Program-made: the position numbers and the translations under genes
NCBI GenBank assembly: GCA_002633005.1
Contig: NMRA01000059.1
Span: 619,133 to 683,132, forward strand
Source of the DNA: Phoronis australis
Lineage: Eukaryota; Animalia; Phoronida
Reading direction: 5' to 3'
Length of the DNA: 64,000 nt
Part shown: positions 26,591 through 39,221 of the stretch, piece after piece
How the letters are laid out: every line of letters starts with the position of its first letter
How positions within the stretch are numbered: the first letter of the stretch is position 1
Notes under the pieces: model-generated
The model's input: only the letters and a program-made list of their open reading frames with translations
Database searches by the model: none
What the model was told of the DNA's origin: nothing

Positions 26591-28649
26591 TTCGAGATAT
26601 CAGGACTTCAAATATATATCAGCAACGGCAATTTTATAGAAATAAACACATTTCATTTCGCCTTGTGCTTAATTGTAATCTTCCGTGCTGCCCGTTCAGT
26701 CACACGTAAACTCCATTCACTACATTCGATAGAGTCTAATAATTCAGTTGGGGAAAACCAATTTTTGAGTAAACTACGCACGACCTATCCTCTACATACT
26801 TCGACTTTAAGAGTAGCAAACAAGCGATTGTGATAATTTCTTTTAAGAAAAACAACGTTTCAAAATGTTAACTGATTCATTATATGAGTTTATTTCCTGA
26901 GTTTGCTTACGTGCTCTTTTGTGAATCGCACCTTTGATGACTCTTAAAACACCTTGAAATTCCTAGAACTCTAGAAACTGTTTTTATTGAATAAATATTC
27001 GTGAACGTAAGGAACATCCTTGTGTTTTGGTTTTGGGCTTCTCGTGTATCAAGAGAACATTTCTGAATAAAATTGAACAAAATAGACGCCATTATTCATT
27101 AATTATACAATAAGTCTATAGGGAGATACGTGAAGCAGGATTCAAGCTATCAACTTAAAATTTATATTTGCAACAACAATTTTAAGGAAATGAGCACATT
27201 TCATCTCGTTATGTGTTTAATTATAAACATTCGTGCTGCTCGTTCAGTCACGAGTTAAATTCCTTCACTGTATTCAATAAAGGCACAGTGTGTAAAATAC
27301 ATGTGTGTTTATATTCAATGATTGATATGATAAATTGCCATAAAACAAAACACTTGTGCCTATGCGAAACACTCGACTACTGTTCGAGACTTCACTCGAA
27401 AACTGACCTGATTCACATCGAGCTAAGTTAGACTCCTGCTACACAATTGGCCAGTTTCCTCGTGAGGTCTCCGGTCATTTATCCTGCACACTTCAACAAA
27501 ACCAACCGCACTTGCAAGTAGGACAATGCAAAAATGGAGAAATTGAATAGAAATACATGTGCGTCATCACTGTTGACGATGACGATTAATTGCAAGGGGT
27601 AGTCGTGGAAAAGCTAAATTGACAAATTGATGCAGAAAGACAAATTTTTGTAATTTTGCCGAGATTACGGTGTAAATACATGTACCTTTAAGGCTGTTTT
27701 AACAATCAGTCGAGGCACCAATGTCCACCTGTCAATAAGTTAAAGCCACGCCTTTATTGACTTCACTAGGAGCTGGCATAACGAGAAAAGTGATTTTCTA
27801 ATGTCAGATTCAACGTGTGATTGAACCTGGAACCCCCTCGCCCCTTACCAAACGCGGTCCTGGCGGAGAAAACTCCCTCTCGATAACTGTTACACCATTA
27901 AACTGGTTGAAACTTCACATTAGATCAAAAGATAACATTAGTTTTGGTGGCCATGAAAATAATGTATAGAGACTCAAGATGACTTATTGAATGACTTATT
28001 GAAACAAAAGAAAATATGTCATTCATAGCATGCGTAAGGTCGACTTTATTTTTTTCACCAAGTCATCGCGTATTTATGAAGAATTTATAATTGTGTTTTT
28101 AAAGAAGCGAACGTAATTTATCGCTCCACAGTTGTTCGATTATAAACACGAAACCCCGAAACATGACTGATTGCAAAGCAGGCTTGGTGTAAGCTGACCG
28201 TAAAGTGCGAGAATAACGCGGCAGGATTCGTTAAGTTTCGAGACTAAGTGCGAGTCGAGACTGAGTTCGGAGCAGAAACTCTCATGGGATTTGGTTTGTA
28301 ACATCTTCAAAATTTTGGAGCTCACACTTTCAAGAGTTTTAATTATGAATTCATTACGATTTCATGCTATATTTAGTTCTTTAAAAAAGGCCCGAGTCAC
28401 TGAGATGGGAAAACCCCCGTTGAGTTACAAGTTTTATTTTGCAGCTTGCAGGAACATTCGTGCCACAAAAATAAGTGTGATGCGGAAAATTTTCCATAAT
28501 TCGGAATTACACAATACAAGCGTGCGGGAAATTTCTCGTAAAATTCCAGTACAATCTTATAAATTCGTTATTCTCGAATCTAAATTTAGTCCAATGAAGG
28601 AAATTTTCTAAATACAACCACTAACCAGAAAAACTTGTGGAGAAGAAAG

Positions 28650-29729
28650 ATGAGCGGCAAGAAACCGATTGGTCCAAGAAAACAAACAAGTAAGACTGTT
28701 GTATTTCATTGGAAATTATTTGGGATGAATTTTGAATAGAATAAACTTGTGGAAGTTAGCTTTGAGCGAAGTTATAAAACTACAAATGCATTGTGACTTT
28801 GTAAATTTATTACAAATTTCCAATTACCGCAATTGCCTGTCAAACTTTCGGTAAAACCTAGGCAGACGTCTTTCAATAAGTACTCGCGTGTGATCTGGCT
28901 CAGTGGTAAAGCGGTAGGCAGCTACTTCAGAGTTAATGAGCATGATTACGCACTGTTGCTAAAATCTGCAAGATTATTTCTCTCGCAGAGAATGTCCCTG
29001 CAACAACTAAATAGCAATGAGTATTGTTATTTGCATTAAATATCGGTTTAAATCCATCCAATTGCACGCTAAATACCCGTGACGGTCACTACATGCAATA
29101 CAGCAGTATTTTTGTACCTTGGTTAAATTATGTACTCATTTCTCCTATTTTTACTTACACACATAATTCTTTTAAACACAAATCTAGAAAACAGAGAAAC
29201 TTGCAATATTGGAGTGAAGGATATCTGCCTACTGTAGACAAAGGAATCTTATTCGCATTGGTGAGAATATGCAACTTTTAACTTAAAAATTACAGGAATA
29301 CGAGAGATTTACGCCTTCGTATTCGGTACTTTTTCAGTTGAATATGGCAATCGTACCAACGAAACCACACAAAGAACTTGGTCTGGATGGTTGAAGCCAG
29401 TTGGGAGTGCACTCAGTGGATCTTGGCGCTGTGTTTGTAAATGGGTGCCAAGCACACAGGCGGGTGTCGGTTCCGTGGGCGGTGGTACCTCAAGTGGCGG
29501 TTCCCGGAAGGGCAATCCCCCGAGCTGTCGTCCTTGTGGCGGTAGGCCCTTGGGCGGCAGTCCCGGGGCTGGCAGTCAATCGAGTGGTGGCAATTGGCGC
29601 GGCAATGACCGTAAAGGCGCTAGCTCGAGCGGTGGTCACCGGAGCGCTGGTCACCGGGGCGGCGGTCACCGGGGCGGCGGTCATTCGAGTGGCGGTTCCC
29701 GAGCCGGAGGTCGGTCTGGAAAGAAATAA
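28650..29729 (+). CDS. Gly/Arg/His-rich paralog A; exons 28650-28689 and 29338-29729, 143 aa
   Basis: MSGKKPIGPRKQT A|gtaaga joins tttttcag|TT in frame, giving IEYGNRTNETTQRTWSGWLKPVGSALSGSWRCVCKWVPS followed by a GGS/GGHR-rich tail ending GGRSGKK*. Confidence 0.8.
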
Positions 29730-31200
29730 TTCCTCCCAAAGTTGCTTCAACAGAGCTAAGCTTTAAAATCAAGAAATAGGACAGCATCACACTCGTAGAA
29801 ACGAACGGAATATAAAACGACATTTATACGATTGTGTCGACAGATAAAGAAACAGCAAGAAATATCAGCTGATACAACGTGTGAGCATAGAGGGAATCAA
29901 GAGGGTACTGCGGCCCAGCAGTTGTGACGCTATAACATCTACCAAAAACATTTTTACCAAATTAACTGCTATTAGTTTTCTTTATTCAGTTGTTTACTCA
30001 GATCCATAAACCATTCACCGTTCATGTAGACAGTCTTTTGAAAAAATAAAATTCTTTTCTCACGAGTTATCTTTTCTCACGAGTTATATTTTCTCACGCA
30101 CCTCATTTTGTTTTTCGAATAAATTTCTTGTCTCATGAACCACACTTTTTGCTACGCGACCGAATGCACGAGGAATCACGCTCTGGATACAATTTATCAA
30201 GACTGCCTGCACATCACAGACCTGATTGGGTACGAGTAACTGTTGGTGCAAATAGAACGTTGTTCGTTAAGACGCAAAAATGTGGTGAATGAGAAATTAA
30301 CAAAATTTCGTTGATAATGGTGTCCGTGGAAAAGGACGCTGTTAGTGCGCGATTCACAAAAGAGAACGAGTGAATAGATTTTGGTTGTCTGGTAGTCTAT
30401 TGCGAACCTGGTCCTGAGTAGTTTTTTAAATGTCTTGTTGGGCAATATCTTTACAACAGTGGCGGATAAAGGCTATCACAAGGATGACCCAATATTTTGT
30501 CTCGGATAATCGCGCAAAGTACGGTTGCATGCGGGCACCCAGCCTTAAATCTAGGGGCTTGAATTTCAGGTCTGAGCCCGGCCCCACACACAAACTAAAA
30601 AATTACACATTTTTAAATCTTGTTTCAGACGCATGCTAATTTCCGGGGTTAATTACCAAACTTAACATTTTCTCACACTCTTGCTCTTTTATTTTTTGTG
30701 GCAGCCAAGGGGGGGGAAGCGGTCCCCCCGCACCCCATATATCCGCCTGTGTACATGGACCACGTGGCGGCTTTTTGTTCTCGTATTTTCTGTATAGGGT
30801 GGAGGACTTTTTCATAAAAACTGCTGATTTATGTAAAAACAGTTGAACTCTGATGCAGACACATGTCGTTAAAAAACGGACTCAATTTGTTCCTTTCTCA
30901 GACGAGAAGTATTTTGGGCTAAGAATGAATCGAAAAGGTGACAGTTGGTAATAATTACTTGAAGCCATAAACTGATCACTATAGTGTCAGGCAACATTAC
31001 AGAGCTTGAACCCAAAGAACACTAACTGTTAAGTCACATCAAGTCCTGAAATCATATCTAATCTGGGTAAGGAACCTTTTTGAGGCTAATTTCATACAAC
31101 AGTTATTTGTCTAATTAAAAAGTTCTTTTCTTTAACTATGCATGTTTTAAAATTGAAGCTCATCTTTGCTGGTAATTTTGAGCGCTTGAAATATCAGGAG

Positions 31201-32727
31201 TCCCGAGGTGTACAGTCTTAGTGACTGTTTCTCTCCTAACTTATTAGGCTCACACCACCTATCACCATTGCTCAATAATTCGATTTTATTCAGTAAAGTC
31301 TGCGTCACTTGGAAAAACCATTCTTGTTGGACATTCTTTAGGAAAAATATTACCGAAGAAATTCCCATTCTCCTAACTATTACGCGGGATTTTCCCCTGT
31401 AAACGTCTGGAATATCGAGCAATACATACTTTAAGCTATACATTTTCTATTAATAGCCTGTGATATTTTTTCTAAAATTCCCGATATGAAGTCTTTGTGC
31501 GGCAAGACAAATCCAGTTGAATAATATTCTACGACTAGATCAGTGTAGCTCATCACAGCAAATTTATAAAACTAAGCTTGTTTTTAATTCCCATGGTTTC
31601 TTTTGCATTAAGTGCATCTCGTGTCACATAACGTTTTAAATCGATGCCCAATTTGCCCAGCTTCGTTCATGTGGGAATTTTTAATAACTGAATTAGATTT
31701 ATTGTAGTTACAGTAGGATAGGATTCCTTTGGTAAAGTCCGCCTCATTGAACGTTTATTGGACAGACTGGGGTCCTCCAAAAGTAACTATTAAGCTGGAA
31801 ATTTTGGTTAATTTCCTCGACATTGAATTGCTCGTTACTCAGTCGCTGTTGTTAGCAAAATTAAGATAAAAGAGAACTTCTCGATATATAGCATACACCT
31901 CACTCGACAAAGATTGTGGCTGGGCAAATGAACAATGAAAACAACTGATTAAATAAAAATAAAAATATAAGACAGTTATGTTTCATTGAAAACTGGTACC
32001 GTAATGCTGCAGAGATTTGAAACACATTTTGTTCATGTATTCGGTAACTGACTGTCCTATTTGACGTGATGAACTACATGGTTGCAAAATGTGAAGCAGT
32101 GGCCATCAAATCCGCGTTCCGTCGAGGAAACTAGCTTTTGAATTGGACCATTTGCCGCTGCAAAATTGGTCTCAACTACTTTCTTGCTCAGATGAGAAGT
32201 ACGTTTTGGTCTAACAAAGAACTGACATCTCATTATTGCCCGGCCATGTTGGTCGGGAGCTTTCATGGTGTTAACAACTCTTTAGACGGTTCGCTTAGGA
32301 TAACTTACTTTTTCAAAACTTCTGTCGGGCACCCATGACTGAAGAGCGTTAAATACTCGTAATGTGAAAACAGCATAATCAGTAAAACAACGCGTTCTAC
32401 TAGTGTCAAGGTGGTCAACATTCTGAAAATGTAACAGTGAGAATCCACGCGCGCACCCAGCTTGTAATATGGGGGGGGGGGGGCTCNTGTGGGGGCTCTA
32501 ATTTCCGACGATGTGGACCTTTTACTAACCAAAGAGCGGGAGGACTGAAACACGGGGTACCACGTCCGGAGCTGTGAATTGTGCGATTATGTCTTTTTAA
32601 TGGACTTTCGTCTCTTTTTCTCGAACTTTTTGTTTCTCTGAGGCGGACATTTTTGCCCACGCCGCCAGATGGGAGGGCTCGTTCCGATCGAATATTTTCT
32701 CGTTGTCGATGCAAAGAGTTCAACTAG
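31201..32727 (+). pseudogene. Dead duplicate of the 48953-51871 gene
   Basis: Promoter retained. Exon 1 and about 1.7 kb of intron are deleted at about 31559. Most of exon 2 is replaced by a MITE; only ccgatcgaatattttct..cgttgtcgatgcaaagagttcaactag (RCRCKEFN*) remains at 32684-32727. Confidence 0.85.
32445..32680. mobile_element. MITE-like element replacing most of an exon
   Basis: Starts cacgcgcgcacccag, is homologous to 7960-8216, and is absent at the equivalent site in duplication copy B (about 51522). Confidence 0.7.
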
Positions 32728-33699
32728 TGTTAACATTAAGATGAGAACTGTATCGGGAAATAAAAAATATTTAATTTCGTTATATGTATTTGATTATAAA
32801 ATATTAAACATTATCTAAGCATTCATGGCCAATGCTGACTTGTTTGGGCTCACACCGTTCAATCACGCATTCAATGTCATTCATTGCTTTACCTAATACA
32901 GGGCTGCCGGTCTTCCACTCTCACGATCCGCATGTGCGCAATTATTTGCCCACCCCACGACTTGTAGTTTACTTCCACGACAAAGTTCTAGCAAACTCAG
33001 TTCTTTTCACAATAAGCACATTTTCCTTTCTCATGAAGGGAATTCTTTTTTACTGGACTTCTTCTATGATTTCGGATTGACTATCTCCATGGTTGGAGGG
33101 CGCTTAATAAGTGAAAAAAAAACACGATCGACACATGTTAAATTTAAGAAAGATGTAGATTTGTACAAATAGTCTCAAAAATATTACAGTTGTTTTCTGA
33201 AACCATTCACCATAGCGAAATGTGTCTAAAAAGACCTAAAAGTCGGGAGATTGACATTGGGTTTCTTTGACGTATGAGATTTTGCTCGAAATTACAAAGA
33301 GGGGAAGAGGATGCTAAGTACTAAAACGAGACACATCCCAAGCGCCAATTGTAAAATCTGAGATATCATGAACAAATACATTTTGTAAATGAATATTTGT
33401 CCTTAACAAATACCTACAAAACTGCAAATTATAACTCAGTAATAGTACATATTTTGTGAAAGTAAAATGTTTGTAGACTTTGAGTTTTGATTTCGTGCCA
33501 ATTTCCTATTAATTGGGTCACGTGACCACGCACGTATTTTTAGTGAAATGTACATCCATAGCAAAACAATGGTATCAAAAACATGTGTTTGATTAGAAAC
33601 ATTCGTGCTGCCCGCTCAGTCACACGTGGAATCCATTCAATGCATTCGAGGGACAAATAATTCAGTTGGGGAAAACCAATTCATGTAGAGTAATTATAA

Positions 33700-33972
33700 C
33701 TGAGTGGGGAATTTTTCGAAAATCTTCCAAAGATTGAGCTTTGTGTTACTTACTTCGCGAAGAAAACACTATAAATTACACCACGCATTTAGCAAAACCC
33801 AGTTGGGATCAAGCAATAGAGGCTAATAATTCAGTTGGGGAAAACCCGAGTCATGAACTGCGCGGGAAATTTTTCACCAGACTTTCAAAGGTAGATTTTG
33901 GTGTCACTCATTTCGCCGAAGAAAACACTTTGGAATTTTTTCCAAAATTTCCAGAGAAGAACAGTATAAAAG
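33700..33972 (+). promoter_or_regulatory. Promoter with clustered kappaB-like sites and TATA box
   Basis: ggggaattttt (about 33706), ggggaaaaccc (33837), gcgggaaattttt (33862), ggaattttttccaaaatttcc (33932) and tataaaa (33966), 75 nt before the ATG at 34041. Confidence 0.55.
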
Positions 33973-34040
33973 ATCTTGTTCCGTTAGCAAGACGAATTTC
34001 TCTGTCTAACTAAAACTACCAAGACCGACGAAGAGGCAAA

Positions 34041-34799
34041 ATGAGCTGCAGAGGCTTTATTGCTCCACGAAAACAAAAAGGTAAGAAAGGGTACATGTAC
34101 TTATCTCGTTGATTCATACACAATTATCATACAATTATAGCCTTTTGGAAAAGTAAAATTGTAGTAGTGATCAAGCCAAGTTTTCTAATCTTTCTTTTCC
34201 GGCTATACGAAATGAGCAGACCTGTTTATCCCAGAAAACAGAAAGGCCACGGTAAGAACAATTTACACGTTAATTGGAAAAAAATCAGCAGTATACTTCT
34301 GATAAACGAATATAACCACAGTTCGTCGTCTATGATCTTCGTTTTGTAAACATTGTACAAACCGCTGTATTTCATATCTTTCTGAAAAAAATACCTAATT
34401 AGATTTTGCCACTAGAATAAAAAACAATTGTTACACTTTATGTGTTTTTGTTAAACATGTCTTAAGAAAGATTTGCTCCCGAAATACATTTTTAAATGTA
34501 AACATTTCATTTCAGAGCCTGTGTGGGAGCACGGTAATAAGTATTTACACGGGTCGTGGGAGATGCACCTAGATCCTTCGTGTGCATGGGTCTGGAAGGA
34601 AACAACAGAGCCAGGCTTTTTCTTTGGAAGTACAAAGAAGTGGATATTGACACGGCACTGTCAGTGCAAACGTCACAAGGACGGGCACAGCGAAGAACAC
34701 CGCAATGCGGAGTGTAATTGGATCAAGAAAGAATACTACAGCGCGAATCCTAACGAATTTTATTGGATGCGTCGCTGCCGTTGCAAGAAGTTCGAGTAA
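34041..34799 (+). CDS. Family member 6; alternative first exons 34041-34080 or 34212-34251 joined to core exon 34516-34799, 107 aa
   Basis: MSCRGFIAPRKQK G|gtaaga and MSRPVYPRKQKGH G|gtaaga are both phase 1. After acceptor catttcag the core reads EPVWEHGNKYLHGSWEMH-LDPS-CAW...WILTRHCQC...EEH-RNAE-CNW...FYWMRRCRCKKFE*. Confidence 0.88.
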
Positions 34800-35066
34800 G
34801 AAGAAACAAACTATTGGTAAAAAACGCACCAAGAAAAAGAAAGCAAATTCTATCATGGTTTTNACACATATATATGACTCATTAATAAAAAAATAAAACA
34901 GGTGCTTGCATTCCTAGGACTCCTGCATAAAAGACAACAATTTTCTCTGCCTTCTACGCATCATGTGAGTTTATTTCTTATGATATTGTTTGAGTAAACT
35001 TTTGTGAAAAAGCGCGCAGTTGTTAGTCCTTTCAAAAGCTCCTGAGCTCTGGTCAATGTGTTGTAA

Positions 35067-35160
35067 AATAATGTGATTAATGACACTCTGACATAAATCC
35101 TATTATTTGGCAAATACTATTCTATATTATCCTTGTTTTGTTTTATTTGTCCCCAATAAA
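35067..35160 (-). mobile_element. Minimal internally deleted Helentron/HINE-like copy
   Basis: The reverse complement contains only the two ends of the 3519-4403 element (ttattggggacaaata...tatttgccaaataataggatttatgtcagagtg). Confidence 0.65.
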
Positions 35161-35875
35161 GGTTCATTAATAGAGAAACATTCTTGTGATAAGGTTAAAG
35201 TTTGAATTATAACGACTGCCGTATTATCGGGGACGTTTTTCTTGAAATAATAGACTTGAGAGGCTTGAAATACAATTATATAAATGGTTTACAACCTTCC
35301 GAGAACTAGAAAGTGTGAGTTTCTTGATTATTTATTGTATTCGGGAAGTAACAACAGTATCTCTATTTGTCATCAGGAGCACACACCTCCTTGTAACAAT
35401 ATTCATTGTTGCCGAGTGTTCTAGCCCACATCAGCTGGGCCTAGCTAGGTGGCCACTATATTCTCCCTTGTGATGATGGTGTTTAAATAAATGACACCGA
35501 AACCTGTCAAGTCCTGTGGTTGTTTTTATTAAAATAACAGTAAACAGCGCAAATACATGTACATTGAAGCTCGTAATGTAGGAATAGCTCAAATTTCTTT
35601 ATAAAATTCAAATTCAATACATAAACACATTTCATTCGGCAGTCACCAGACGATTTATGCTGGTGATGCCGGGCTCGAAAAAAGTCTTTCAAACTGTCCG
35701 TGTTTAAGATCAATGCAATAGCACCTGATTCGGTGGGGAAACCTGCTGTTCGGAATATTTATTTACAAGAACAACAGCTTGTGTATTACACAATCGTCGA
35801 TAAATTACGTAACTGTGCAAGGGAATTTTACCAAAGCATCGAACAATATAACACTCGAATCTACAAAAACAAGGA

Positions 35876-35940
35876 GCGGGAATTTTTGTAAAATTCCCGA
35901 GCGGGAATTTTTGTAAAATTCCCGATGGGAGCTATATTAA
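35876..35940 (+). promoter_or_regulatory. Tandemly duplicated palindromic kappaB-like element before a TATA-like box
   Basis: gcgggaatttttgtaaaattcccga occurs twice exactly (35876-35900, 35901-35925); each has perfect 10-bp inverted arms. tatattaa at 35933, ATG at 36024. Confidence 0.6.
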
Positions 35941-36023
35941 CCGTTCTTCGGGTTGTAAGGATAATCCAGTAGGAGATTTTGTCTACATCGTTACAAGCAA
36001 GGCAACCGCAGTGAACGGACAAA

Positions 36024-36931
36024 ATGAGTTGGAGACACGTTTATCCAAAACCTCAACGAGGTAAGATGTTTATTTTTAATGAACACTACTTCTAGCTTTT
36101 GTAAATTGTGAAAAATATTCATTTAACTTGATATATGACTTTGTCTATGTCGTCATATTGTTGTAGGTTCTTAGCAATTTTCAAGTGGGACTGATTTATT
36201 TTTTAACCAAAGGTATACAATAGGCAGACAAAATGTAATTGAAATAAATTTTCTTTTACCTATAAGTTGTGGATAATGACTGATATTTCCCATTTTACTG
36301 GGTTTGACGAGGAACTCTAACTTGCTATTTATGTTAACTGCGCATATTCTTGACCTTGAACTTCAAGACGCACTAGTTTTCAAAAACGTTTAAATTTGTC
36401 CTCGTCGAGATTCCATAAAATCTGTCAATGAGTCTGTATATGGGTCGCAATGTAAGCTTATGTGATCACGGGCTTCGCTTGTAATACATGGCGATATTTC
36501 GCGAAGTCTTGCGTGTTTTTTCGTTTTCGTGAATTTCTCGCCTATTACAGAACTCATCAGTTGGAAAGCAGGTGGGTTGTCGTGTTTTGACAATCCGATA
36601 ACTCGATAGGAACATGACATAAGCCCAACTATATACAGCCCAACTATACACAGCGTTGCCCCTAGCAATTTGACGTTTTGTAATTATAGATGACTACTTC
36701 AACCCCAGCGACCTACCTAAAAACGGAACATGGGAGATGCATACAAATAGTTCTTGTCGATGGGAACGGCACTGGGGCAGTAACTGGATGCGACGGTGTT
36801 ACTGCTCCCGGTACACTTCCAACTACGAAGACTTCCACGGAACGCATGATTGTGTTTGGTTTCGACGAGAATATAATGGAGAGTACTTCTTCATACGCCG
36901 CTGCGTCTGCGGAAGCACGTACTCCGGCTAG
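36024..36931 (+). CDS. Family member 7; exons 36024-36060 and 36690-36931, 92 aa
   Basis: MSWRHVYPKPQR G|gtaaga...aattatag|AT gives DDYFNPSDLPKNGTWEMH-TNSS-CRW...WMRRCYC...DFH-GTHD-CVWF...YFFIRRCVCGSTYSG*; aataaa at 37204. Confidence 0.9.
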
Positions 36932-38198
36932 TGAACCAGTGGCGGAGACGATGCCATTAGAGTAGACTGAATGGACAAATGGAACTCTCACCAAACACAC
37001 TATTTCTGAAACTTGTTACCTTGAACAAAATTCAGATTTTCAATTGTATTGTAACGACATTTTCATGTACACTTACAATAGCGTACAATCGAAAACTGAC
37101 CCTCACAACTGTCAGGTTGGAAAACGTCGATTCTGTATTTCCTCAATTTGACGTTAATCCTGTATGTCATGTGTTACCGCATCGCAGACCTGTGTATTGT
37201 AACAATAAATAGTAAAAGTGTGAAGTATTTGTGTTCACATTCTATGACGTAGGAGAGAGGGAGGGGGGACAGGGAGACGGAGGGAGGGAAGGCATCACGG
37301 GGAGATGGGGGAGAGTCACAAATATGGGTAGTACAAGAATAAAGAAATAGTAAATTAAACAAAAGAACAAAACCTATTAAAGAATCTTTTAATTTACTTC
37401 TTTACCCGATCTATAATTGTTGTATTGTATTAATTTACAAAACAACAGCATCATTGCGATATAAACTCAGTGCTCAGGCTCACTGATTTAAGACGCATTC
37501 TTAGACAACCCAAAATTACACGGGAACATTTTGTTGTCCCAACCGAATTATTCTATGATAAAATTAACCATGAAAACAAATGCACAGTGAGTTGATTGAG
37601 ATAACGGTGCCTCCGCAAAATGAGTGGCCGTCATCAGAATGGAACAAAAATGCAGTCGGGGATATAATTAGTTTTCTGCTGGATGGCTTCGGGAGTACTC
37701 ATTATCATTACAACTATGCGTATTGTGGTGATTCACTATCAATGGTGCTATTCTACTAAACAAGTATGATAGGAAATGTAATCAAAAAGTGCACAAAACG
37801 GACCAATCAGAACGCCGTTTAGTAACGAGCTGAACAATCAGAAAGCGGCCTGAGCTGAAATGTTTACAAACAAAGTTAAGAATTGAACAAAAGGCCACGT
37901 GCTTAGGATTAAAAGATTAAGCTGCACGAGTATGCTGGGCACAAATTTAAAAGCTATACACTAATGTGAATGGCTTCTCTAGCAAACAAAAAATTAAACG
38001 TAAACAAAATATAATTAAGTAAAATTAAATAAGCCGGCTGCACCCATAAAGTAACTAAAATATGGCAACAGAATGCAGATTCTATAGGTAATTATAGCGA
38101 TAACTTCCCGTAAAAAATGATAGCAATGACCTCCCGCGTATTGCAAACCCAGTAGTGATCAAGTTAATTTCCTGATCTTTCTTCTTCGGCTATACGAA

Positions 38199-39221
38199 AT
38201 GAGCAGACCTGTTCATCCCAGGAAACAGAGAGACCACGGTAAGAACAATTTACACGTAAGCTGAAAAAAAAATCAGAAGAAAACATTTGATAAACTAATT
38301 TAATCACACTTCGTCTATGATATGTTTTGTAAACATTGTATGAACCGCTTTACTTCACATGTTTCTGAAAAAATGTCTACTTAGATTTTTTCTCTAGAAC
38401 CAAAAAGAATTGTTACATTTTAGATGTTTTTGTTAACACGTCTTAAGAAAAACGTGCTCCCGAAATACGTTTTTAAATGTAACAACCCTGCCCATGTGGC
38501 ACACACTGAGCCACAACACCACGTTCGTTAAAATATCTCTTTTTATCACTCCGGCTGGTCTGGTCACTCAGCTTGTCCGGAACCTGCTTTGCAGGTTGTT
38601 ATAGCCCATTTGGCTGTTTGGTGTACCCACTTGGTACTTTATATGATATTTGCCCATTTGGCAGTCTGTACCCACTTGGTACTTGTTATTGAATTTGCCG
38701 TTTTGCTCGACCCAGTTGGTAGGCAATCGGCCAATACCCATTTGATATTATGTACCCACTTGGTACTATACTAACATGTGCCACTTAGTAGCCGACACTC
38801 AATTACACGTTGGGTATCGCAAATCCAGTGTGATCACTTATTTAAGGTACCCATCTGGTACCGTCTGTGAAATAATTATTTTAGAGCTGTGAGCCTGAAA
38901 TTTATTTATCCCCAATAATTCATTTCAGAGCCTAGAGTGTGGAAGCACGGTGATAAATATTTACACGGGTCGTGGGAGATGCACCTGGATCCTTCGTGTG
39001 CATGGTCCCAGAAGAAAATAGAAGTTCCAGACTTTTTCTACGAAATTACATGTACAAGGACGTGTAAATTGACGCGGCACTGCTCTTGCAAACGACACAA
39101 GGACGAGCCCAGAGAAAAGCACTACAATGCGGAATGTAATTGGATCAAGAAAGAATACTACAGCGCGAATCCTAACGAATTTTATTTGATGCGTCGTTGC
39201 CGATGCAAAGCGTTCAACTAA
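38199..39221 (+). CDS. Family member 8; exons 38199-38238 and 38929-39221, 110 aa
   Basis: MSRPVHPRKQRDH G|gtaaga...catttcag|AG gives EPRVWKHGDKYLHGSWEMH-LDPS-CAW...LTRHCSC...EKH-YNAE-CNW...MRRCRCKAFN*; close paralog of member 6. Confidence 0.88.
38482..38918 (-). mobile_element. Short Helentron/HINE-like copy inserted in an intron
   Basis: Reverse-complement homolog of 59870-60305; absent from the paralogous intron at about 34500; ends about 10 nt before the acceptor. Confidence 0.75.

Larger units (their letters stand above)
27288..33585 (+). repeat. Segmental duplication copy A (copy B 45090-52719)
   Basis: Colinear near-identical sequence with 45090-52719, interrupted by indels. Confidence 0.9.

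Noticed and set aside
28291-28611. 106-aa ORF repeated at 46320-46610
   Set aside because: The similarity comes from the segmental duplication; the ORF starts at TTG and overlaps the promoter of the Gly-rich gene.
29401-29766. Alternative-frame and antisense Ala/Val/Thr-rich ORFs over the Gly-rich exon
   Set aside because: Shadow frames of GC-rich repetitive codons; only the Gly frame fits the exon-1 splice phase.
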